A program made the position numbers and the translations under genes. This document shows positions 57,598 through 64,000 of a stretch of DNA of 64,000 bases, one piece after another; the first letter of the stretch is position 1, and each line of letters opens with the position of its first letter. The notes under the pieces are model-generated. The model saw only the letters and a list, made by a program, of their open reading frames with translations, did no database searches and was not told the DNA's origin. The stretch comes from a virus: the IMG/VR virus record IMGVR_UViG_3300037067_018253, one strand, 5' to 3'.

Positions 57598-57601
57598 ATG
57601 A
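56468..57601 (+). CDS. tnpB: TnpB (IS605 OrfB) RuvC-like RNA-guided nuclease-family transposase accessory protein
   Basis: N-terminal YRIYPTKKQLALLQ; RuvC-like core; C-terminal Zn-ribbon CSGCGHRQK...CPCCQ. Confidence 0.8.
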   Translation: MHKTTFQYRIYPTKKQLALLQGTLNECRWLYNHFLEERKNSWEQKQESITMYDQIKTLPSLKKDNASLGMVHSQVLQDVAVRIDLAFKAFFRRVKAGDKPGYPRFRGTGWYDSFTYPQSGYSISMDTITLSKIGVIKAVIHRPIEGKMKTCIVRRTSTGKWFVSFSCEVEDKPLPESNEAVGIDVGLESFATLSTGESIANPRFFRTDEKALAKAQKKMSKYDKGTPERRKARKVVSHIHERVANRRSNFAHQLSRRIVNSYGVICVEDIQTNRMLHNHCLAKSISDAAWGMFFACLAYKAENAGRRYNAGNPAYTTQDCSGCGHRQKMELSERVYHCPCCQLTLPRDHNASLNILAIGLDSLGLVPRSPSHREQSL

Positions 57602-58488
57602 ACATCGGCTTGCTTAACCTGGAACCGAAATACAAAAACTTCGCCCTTGAAAAATTGCGCATCTATCATCAGTCTAAGGGTGATTACGCAGAAGATTACT
57701 TCGCCTTGAATCATTACGACAAGGTGTATGTTTCCAGTATATTTACATTCACCGGCAAGTCAATAGTGCCACAGGGGGCTGTGTGTGGTGGATCCGGCTT
57801 CGATTTGACCACTGTTTTGCCACCGGAAGTAGAAGATATACAGCCACATCTTAATTTTGGATTTACCACGCGCGGATGTCCCAATAATTGCCCATTTTGC
57901 ATCGTGAGGCGTAAAGAAGGGGATATTAAGATTGTATCTCGCCTGAAGGATTTATGGAACGGTGTGAAGGGTGCACTGATTACTCTTTATGATAACAATG
58001 TACTGGCGGTAATGGAGCACTTTCAAGAGGTTTGCCGTGATTCGGTAGAGTACCATGTCAAGCTGGATTTTAACCAGGGACTGGACCACCGGAAACTTAC
58101 ACCGGAGATAGTCGGGGTGATGAAGTCCATTAGCCACGTCGAGTATCGTTTCGCATTCGATAGCCCTGCCTATTACAATTCGGTAGAACGTGCCCTTAAA
58201 TTACTTCAAGATGGAGGTATTAACCGCAGCCTTTGGTATGTTTTGGTCGGATTTAACACCACATTTCAAGAGGATTTAGACCGGGTTAATTTCCTCCGGA
58301 GCCGCGGACAACAAGCCTATATCCAAAGATATCAACACCATGCCAACGATTACAAATACATTGCCCTGGCGCAATGGGTTAACCAGCACAATATCTTCTA
58401 TGGCATGACGTGGGAACAATTCCTTGCCACAGACCACAGTAGGAGAAGGGGATATGCTAAATTAGTCCTTGACAATACAGTGCAATAG
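57598..58488 (+). CDS. radical SAM-like protein
   Basis: CxxxCxxC at GCPNNCPFC; start codon abuts the IS right end. Confidence 0.45.
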   Translation: MNIGLLNLEPKYKNFALEKLRIYHQSKGDYAEDYFALNHYDKVYVSSIFTFTGKSIVPQGAVCGGSGFDLTTVLPPEVEDIQPHLNFGFTTRGCPNNCPFCIVRRKEGDIKIVSRLKDLWNGVKGALITLYDNNVLAVMEHFQEVCRDSVEYHVKLDFNQGLDHRKLTPEIVGVMKSISHVEYRFAFDSPAYYNSVERALKLLQDGGINRSLWYVLVGFNTTFQEDLDRVNFLRSRGQQAYIQRYQHHANDYKYIALAQWVNQHNIFYGMTWEQFLATDHSRRRGYAKLVLDNTVQ

Positions 58489-58524
58489 TTGTATGATTAG
58501 TACAAATCCACTCAGGAGTACACT

Positions 58525-58821
58525 TTGATTACGTTCGGGCAAAAACTTCGGCAAATCCGCAAGGAAAAACATCTAAACCAAACCGAAATGGCTAAAATAC
58601 TGGAATGGGATTTCACGTATTTATCCAGACTAGAGAATAATGTGAATCCTCCGTCGATGGAGACAGTTAATAACGTAGTTAATAAACTGAATATAGAACT
58701 ACCACTCTCCGATGAACTCTATGCCTTGGCGCATAAGCTCCCCCCGGACATATCTGAGAAGATTACCATAGAGGTTATCAACATCGTGAGGGAGTTCACA
58801 GAGGGGTCGGATGCAAACTAA
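58525..58821 (+). CDS. XRE-family HTH transcriptional regulator
   Basis: FGQKLRQIRKEKHLNQTEMAKILEWDFTYLSRLENN. Confidence 0.55.
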   Translation: MITFGQKLRQIRKEKHLNQTEMAKILEWDFTYLSRLENNVNPPSMETVNNVVNKLNIELPLSDELYALAHKLPPDISEKITIEVINIVREFTEGSDAN

Positions 58822-59209
58822 AATAATAATCATAGCCTTAATCACATGCGCCGCAATTATAGGAATGATAGTCGGTATAGTATATGGTTCAATTCCAATT
58901 CCAAATAAATATACCACGCAACAATATTTCGATGACCGCGAACAGATGTTCCAATACATTGCCACTCTTCCTATAGAGAATAGCAACATCACGATAACAA
59001 ACATAAATGATAAACTGCCAGCGGAAATCAGGGGTAAATACATCGCTGTACAAATCGATATATCTATTTTATATAACTCTGAAATTAAATTGGATTTACC
59101 GCGTATCAGAGGTGGGGTAAGTACCGGTGTTCCTATTGGAATCGGCACATTCCTATTGGCATTTGTCTTGTTTATGCTTGGTGCAGGGGCCTTTATGCGA
59201 TGGAAATGA
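58811..59209 (+). CDS. small membrane protein (2 TM)
   Basis: Hydrophobic N- and C-terminal segments. Confidence 0.4.
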   Translation: MQTKIIIIALITCAAIIGMIVGIVYGSIPIPNKYTTQQYFDDREQMFQYIATLPIENSNITITNINDKLPAEIRGKYIAVQIDISILYNSEIKLDLPRIRGGVSTGVPIGIGTFLLAFVLFMLGAGAFMRWK

Positions 59210-59421
59210 AAACCATGAAATTGCATACCTGCGCTAATTGCAAGGGGCATAGATTCTATATAGTGATGCTTGAAACACGCATCGCTGAGTTCAGGGAGAA
59301 GAATGATAAACCTGATATAGAAACCAACAAGCAATTTAGGAGTATTCACTGCACTAATTGCGGTGAGTCCGTAATGGGTAGACATCTTAGAATAATGATG
59401 GAGGAGTTGAAAATAAAGTGA
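59200..59421 (+). CDS. Zn-ribbon protein
   Basis: CANCKGH...CTNCGE. Confidence 0.4.
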   Translation: MEMKTMKLHTCANCKGHRFYIVMLETRIAEFREKNDKPDIETNKQFRSIHCTNCGESVMGRHLRIMMEELKIK

Positions 59422-60398
59422 AGATTGGCACAGTACCATTGGGGGTAAAATTAAAGGCGTGGTTTTGGACCCTTGAGAGATTCTTCGCGACACCATTCTT
59501 TGGAGCCGCCCTGTTTATCGGCGTGGCGCTTTCCGGTGGTTCCATGACAAGTCTGACAACGTGGTTGGCTTTTATCGCCGGCATATCCTTGATGTGCGCC
59601 GGACATTGCCACAACAGTTTCTTGGATTATTCATGGACTGGCCTGGACAAGGGTGAAGTCGAGGACCGGAGTGCCGAGAAATCTTACTGCGGCGGGCAGA
59701 ATCTTATTGAGGCCGGGGTAGTAAGTTCGCGGGAATGCGCTTTTGTGGGATTAGTATGGGATGCGATCGGGATAGGGATATTGGTGTGGATGACGATACA
59801 CTTCCATCTCTCTGTGATGATGATTTACCTGGCCATCATGAGCGCAATTATCCCAATTGCCTACTCCGCAGGGAAATTTACTACCTGGGGACACGAACTG
59901 TCATTAGGAATATCCTGTGGACCATTACCAGTCCTGATTGGAGCTTTTGCCGTTAATCCAAGTCCACCCGTGATTAATCTGTTGCTGGTTTCAATAATAC
60001 CGGCTGCTATACTAAGTTTCGCCGGACTGGCCATAGATGAGTTCCCGGACGCATTAGCGAATCTTAAAAAAGGTGTCAAGAGTTTGCCTTATAAAGTCTG
60101 GCAATATTCGACTATAGAGATAGGGATAATACCGGGGGGCATCGAGGGTTCAAAGTCAATGGAAACACTGCGCTGGTATGTGACCGGCTGGCTGTTGATG
60201 GTATTTATCTACCATGTATTCCTGATTAACATTGGAGTTCTGGCGCCGATGACTGGAATAGCTTTTATAACACTACCAATGTTGCTGGCTTCGCAGGTGT
60301 TCCTTAAGGCCAATTTCGACAAAGCCGCAGTGTGGATAGTGGCGCTAGGGGCAGCATATCTAATACTTCTGCTCGCCGGGCAAATAATCGGAGGATAA
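59418..60398 (+). CDS. UbiA-superfamily-like polytopic prenyltransferase
   Basis: 8-9 TM; Asp-rich segments NSFLDYSWTGLD and IDEFPDA in loop positions expected for UbiA motifs. Confidence 0.4.
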   Translation: MKIGTVPLGVKLKAWFWTLERFFATPFFGAALFIGVALSGGSMTSLTTWLAFIAGISLMCAGHCHNSFLDYSWTGLDKGEVEDRSAEKSYCGGQNLIEAGVVSSRECAFVGLVWDAIGIGILVWMTIHFHLSVMMIYLAIMSAIIPIAYSAGKFTTWGHELSLGISCGPLPVLIGAFAVNPSPPVINLLLVSIIPAAILSFAGLAIDEFPDALANLKKGVKSLPYKVWQYSTIEIGIIPGGIEGSKSMETLRWYVTGWLLMVFIYHVFLINIGVLAPMTGIAFITLPMLLASQVFLKANFDKAAVWIVALGAAYLILLLAGQIIGG

Positions 60399-60399
60399 G

Positions 60400-60747
60400 A
60401 TGAAACTATCTAAAGCTGCAATTGAGTTGATTGAAAAAGCGCTGGATACTGGACATGCTTGTCGGGTGCATAATGGGCGACCGGTTATAGGGGGCAATGG
60501 GGGAGTTGTAGAAATACAGGTACTGCCTAAAAATATGATAACGGCAAAAACTCCGTTTCCTTTATTTATGGCTGATGAGAACGAGCCAAGTATAATAAGA
60601 GTGCAAGTAGATAAAAGGGATTTTGAATTTATTACAGTAGCGGAGTTTCCTGCTCGATATAGTCATAAAATATGGCTTGATGGTCTGTTACTCCATAGCG
60701 AGGATAACAGTGAGATGAGTGGAATGACGGGCTATTTTCCAGGATAA
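60400..60747 (+). CDS. hypothetical protein
   Basis: ORF. Confidence 0.4.
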   Translation: MKLSKAAIELIEKALDTGHACRVHNGRPVIGGNGGVVEIQVLPKNMITAKTPFPLFMADENEPSIIRVQVDKRDFEFITVAEFPARYSHKIWLDGLLLHSEDNSEMSGMTGYFPG

Positions 60748-60756
60748 ATAATCGGT

Positions 60757-60982
60757 GGCAGAGGGATTTTACCCTCCGCCTGGTGGGTTGGAACTCGGGA
60801 GAGACTTTATATAAAGGGCTATCATCGTGGGAAACAAAGCGATTAACTATCGTGGCGTAGAACCACATAAGCACCGATAAAACTGGCGGTGACGCAGTTC
60901 GGGCGGAGGTACAGGTCATCCCCAATATATAGCCTGTACAGGGAGTCCAGCCTACCAGATAGAGGGTAAGAAGGAGAGAGAA
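60757..60982 (+). promoter_or_regulatory. structured 5' leader of cassette B
   Basis: Same conserved 5' hairpin and 3' end as leader A; 12-bp long-range helix ctggtgggttgg/ccagcctaccag (two G-U pairs). Confidence 0.4.
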
Positions 60983-61498
60983 ATGAAAGATTATCGAGTA
61001 AGTTGTTGGACAATCATAGGGGCGGAATCAGAAAAAGAGGCAAGAGAATCATTTTGTCGAGATATAGACGAAAGAAATGTTGATGTCGAACTTGAAGGAC
61101 AAACACTACATGATAATACATGGAACTGCAAAAATGACTGTATTTATATAACGCCTGATGGATGTTATATAGATGATAAGATGCCGAATCCCAGGGGTAC
61201 TTTGTCTTGTGAGTGTGAGAACGGTAGCTACCCCCTTTGCCCACGTTACGTACAGGCTGAAAAAGCCAATCAAAACAATCACTGGCAAGACAAGCCGGAC
61301 AAAGCTGGATACTGGTGGAGATACCATCCAGCGTATCGTATTCCTCAGCTAACAGAGATATTTGGGGAAAAGGAACTACTTGTTAATTACGCAGGCATTC
61401 TTATAGTTTCAGTAGACACAGATTTAAAAGAATATTATCCCGACTCCAAGTGGCTTTACATCGAGCAACCAGAAGCACCAGAAGCAGGAGGGGAATAG
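60983..61498 (+). CDS. cassette B gene 1 (paralog of 52861..53151)
   Basis: Shared C-terminal domain; distinct Cys-rich N-terminal half. Confidence 0.5.
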   Translation: MKDYRVSCWTIIGAESEKEARESFCRDIDERNVDVELEGQTLHDNTWNCKNDCIYITPDGCYIDDKMPNPRGTLSCECENGSYPLCPRYVQAEKANQNNHWQDKPDKAGYWWRYHPAYRIPQLTEIFGEKELLVNYAGILIVSVDTDLKEYYPDSKWLYIEQPEAPEAGGE

Positions 61499-61503
61499 TA
61501 AAT

Positions 61504-62007
61504 ATGAGAGCTGATATGCCAACTATTGTCTGTCTTTGTGGTTCTACACGCTTCGGTGAGGCGTTTAGGGAAGCACAGTTTCAGGAAACTATGAACGGTA
61601 AAATAGTGCTGACCATAGGTTGCAATATGAAATCTGATGCTGACTTATTTGGGCACATGGCAGAACCAGCCATACAGGTTATCAAGAAGCAACTGGATGA
61701 ACTTCATAAACGCAAGATAGACCTAGCCGATGAAATCTTAATCTTGAATGTGAATAGCTACATTGGAGAATCAACACTGAGTGAACTCGAATATGCAAAA
61801 GCACACGGTAAACGAATTAGATTTATTGAGGAAATAGGCGCACCTGGAATCCGTGACCCTGAAAGTATCTGTGATGATTTTAAACCCATTGGTGGAGTTT
61901 ACGGAAACTCTAACGTTGGGGAGTGCGAATCTGATGGTCATTACAAGTGTCTTGATTGTGTGTGTCGTGAGCCATTAACTAAGTATGATTTTCCAGAGGA
62001 AAGCTAA
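61504..62007 (+). CDS. cassette B gene 2: hypothetical protein
   Basis: MRADMPTIVCLCGSTRFGEAF...; the track ORF (61450) is extended by the conserved upstream sequence. Confidence 0.45.
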   Translation: MRADMPTIVCLCGSTRFGEAFREAQFQETMNGKIVLTIGCNMKSDADLFGHMAEPAIQVIKKQLDELHKRKIDLADEILILNVNSYIGESTLSELEYAKAHGKRIRFIEEIGAPGIRDPESICDDFKPIGGVYGNSNVGECESDGHYKCLDCVCREPLTKYDFPEES

Positions 62008-62016
62008 TTAACAATT

Positions 62017-62235
62017 AAATAACCTTGCCATGTGGAAGTGGCAAGCCTGTATCAGCCACCCTACGGGGCTTGTAGTAGCGATGGTTTTGACCTGACGTAA
62101 GACGAGGCTACTGGCTGATGCAGGAATCAAGGCTCAAGGTGCTGGTAACGTATACGCTTGTCTCGTGTAGTGTTTCAAGTGTCTACGGAAGTGGTTAAAA
62201 GCCAGCCAGCACCAAAGCCTAAAAGCATCGGGCGA
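62017..62235 (+). ncRNA. conserved structured element B
   Basis: See element A; cctgtatcagcc/ggctgatgcagg (C-G to U-A compensatory change plus G-U). Confidence 0.4.
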
Positions 62236-62370
62236 ATAGATGAAAAGTAAAGTCAGTGGTAGGTGAGGAGTACCACGCAGGAGAAATGGCGGGAACACCC
62301 TAACGTCACCTGCAATGCTAGTGCAAGACTAGCCACCCGACCAAAGCCTAAAGAGAGAGGGAAAAGCTAA

Positions 62371-62630
62371 ATGACTTCAACGGAATTATTCATGGCAGCA
62401 ATCGATAAGTGGGGGAGGGCGTTACAACTTGTGATGGTTTGCGAGGAAACAGCCGAACTTCAAAAAGAAGTCTGCAAAATCATACGGGGTGACTGGTCAA
62501 ACAACCGGATGTTAAAATTGCAGACGTTGAATTGACTCTCTCCCAACTCAAACTCATGACCGGAACCAGCGAAGAAGTAGAGCGTCAAAAGAAGGTTAAA
62601 CTTGAACGCCTGGGAGCAGAAGCTAAATGA
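62371..62630 (+). pseudogene. MazG-like NTP pyrophosphohydrolase, frameshifted
   Basis: Frame 1 gives AAIDKWGRALQL...EETAELQKEV and stops at 62535; the frame continuing IADVELTLSQLKLMTG...KLERLGAEAK completes the MazG pattern. Confidence 0.4.
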
Positions 62631-62791
62631 ACGCACGTAAGCGCATCATCAAGATTACTCGCAAGATGAAACGGGAAACTGAGGGGCTGAATGTAGCATA
62701 CCGCAAGCTGTGCCGGTTGCAGAAGAAATCAGAACTTGAAGCTCGGAGGATGATTTAGGAAGTTAAAACAGATTCAGCGATGGAGGGATAG

Positions 62792-63223
62792 ATGGAATTA
62801 ACACCAACTAAGGCACTATCTGGCTATGCCGAATATTTCTATTGCCTGGCGATGAACTGGAAGCCCGTGGAAAACAGGAACTGGCCACTTACCCGGTTCT
62901 TTAGGCGGTCACAGTTGCCAATCAGAATATACTTGCACGCCAGTAAGACGAAGGGAACACGCGAGGATAAGCTATTTATACAGTCCTGTTTACTCCCTAA
63001 CCAGTGGCAAGAGTTCATGGAGGTAGACTGGGACAGGATACGCGGGTGTATCATCGGGGAAATTACTCTTACGGATGAGGTAACGGATGATGATATCGGT
63101 CTACCGGCCGTTCAATCTCCGTGGTTCTTTGGACCCTATGGGTTTGTGTGCGAGGACGGTATATTGTATGATAAACCAATACCATGCCGCGGCAGAACGT
63201 TTTTCTTTAAGCCGGAGGTATAA
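62792..63223 (+). CDS. ASCH-domain (PUA-like) protein
   Basis: WKPVENRNW...IRIYLHASK matches the ASCH core. Confidence 0.5.
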   Translation: MELTPTKALSGYAEYFYCLAMNWKPVENRNWPLTRFFRRSQLPIRIYLHASKTKGTREDKLFIQSCLLPNQWQEFMEVDWDRIRGCIIGEITLTDEVTDDDIGLPAVQSPWFFGPYGFVCEDGILYDKPIPCRGRTFFFKPEV

Positions 63224-63224
63224 A

Positions 63225-63482
63225 GTGCCAGCTATTGAGCAGGAAATACGCAATACAATGCTAATTGGCTCCTGTTGTTGGTGGGATGATGAGAATGGCT
63301 GGCAATTCCACTATATTGAGCATGAGGATGTATTTGAGAGAATATTTTCCTCCAAACACCATGCATGCCTCGTGAAATTATTTGAAAGAACCCTGGATAC
63401 AACTGAGGTTAATAGGATTAGGGATAATGAGTCAAAGTGGTTAGAATATAGAATAGAAAGGGATAACGATGGTCACAAATAA
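63225..63482 (+). CDS. hypothetical protein
   Basis: The track ORF 63087..63482 overlaps the ASCH gene; probable start at GTG 63225 or ATG 63258. Confidence 0.3.
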   Translation: MPAIEQEIRNTMLIGSCCWWDDENGWQFHYIEHEDVFERIFSSKHHACLVKLFERTLDTTEVNRIRDNESKWLEYRIERDNDGHK

Positions 63483-64000
63483 ACCCAAGTTAATTAGCAT
63501 CGGTTTTCAGCCGGCCCCATATGAATATACGCAGGAAGAGATATTCAAGGTCATGGGATATCCGAGGCCATGGTTTCGTATATTCCGTGAAGCGCAGATA
63601 GACAGGAGGTATTTTTCGATACCACTAGAAAAAGTCAAGGCGTTGTCTTTCCAAGAACAGCAAGAGCAATACCTGAAAAGCGCCGTGGAAATATCGAAAC
63701 GGGCTGCGTTGAATTGTCTGGATGGAAGGGATCCCCATGAAATAGGGTGCCTTGTATATGCAAGTTGCACTGGAATAGCCCCTGGGCCCACTGTGGGGCA
63801 CTACCTGATGAGCGAGCTCGGCCTGAAGGATGATGTTTTTATCACAAATATAGGCGGCATGGGATGTGAGGGTGGGGGTACACCCGGGTTAAAGCGGGCT
63901 GTTGATTTTACCATGGCCAATCACAAACAGAGCCTGGTAATCGCCACTGAACTATCCAGCTTGTCTTATTTCCCCGAGATAGGTGGTTTGGATAGTAGCG
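63469..64000 (+). CDS. type III polyketide synthase (chalcone/stilbene synthase-like), 5' partial (runs off window)
   Basis: Manual translation with no stop to the window end; [27 protein letters not shown] aligns with the CHS active-site Cys region [35 protein letters not shown] aligns with GCFAGGTVL. Confidence 0.55.
   Translation, partial: [177 protein letters not shown]

Noticed and set aside
53103-61497. ORF-track N-terminal extensions MALHRATRS(S/T)RSRR at 53103 and 61450
   Set aside because: They arise because the 3' ends of the cassette gene-1 paralogs are conserved at nucleotide level. The genuine starts are ATG 53151 and ATG 61504, each with its own RBS.
1-64000. CRISPR arrays, tRNA or rRNA genes
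   Set aside because: I saw no regularly spaced short direct repeats, no T-loop (GTTCRANYC) contexts with acceptor stems, and no rRNA-like segments on either strand.

Overview
The window reads as part of a large temperate phage or phage-like mobile element of a Gram-positive (Firmicutes-type) host. The evidence is strong GGAGG/AAGGGGG ribosome-binding sites, a DnaD-like replisome organizer, a DnaC-like loader and sigma-A-like promoters. There are three blocks.

(i) Bases 1-22,000: a replication, recombination and lysogeny module. It encodes a DnaX gamma/tau-like clamp loader, a DEDD proofreading-type exonuclease, a replisome organizer with embedded iterons, a DnaC-like loader, an ArdC-like protein, a tyrosine integrase, HTH/excisionase-like proteins, a GHKL ATPase next to an HExxH protein, a thioredoxin-fold protein and a ferritin-like protein.

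(ii) Bases 22,200-46,250: a continuous minus-strand block of about 45 genes that looks like a lysis plus virion or host-adhesion module. It contains a holin-like protein, a papain-like peptidase, six paralogous LamG/ConA-like proteins, a dockerin-bearing structural protein, Ig-like Gly-run proteins and proteins sharing a GPPLP...WPWIK motif. I cannot recognise a terminase, portal or tape-measure protein in it.

(iii) Bases 46,400-64,000: a plus-strand accessory region. It opens with a tight operon encoding an Mrp/NBP35 Fe-S ATPase, a Zn-ribbon-containing amino-methyltransferase, a PD-(D/E)xK-like nuclease and a PAPS-reductase (DndC/SspD-like) protein. It then carries an SPFH protein, a second methyltransferase and an IS200/IS605-family TnpB element. 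Lipid and small-molecule genes follow: a polyprenol-kinase-like protein, a UbiA-like prenyltransferase, a radical SAM protein and a type III PKS that runs off the window. Two paralogous gene cassettes in this region are each bracketed by conserved structured-RNA-like elements that show compensatory base changes.

Solo LE/RE derivatives of the same IS, including a roughly 90-bp MITE-like RE-LE mini-element, occur at three other places. I found no tRNA, rRNA or CRISPR array by eye. All functional calls rest on motif reading, since no database search was possible.
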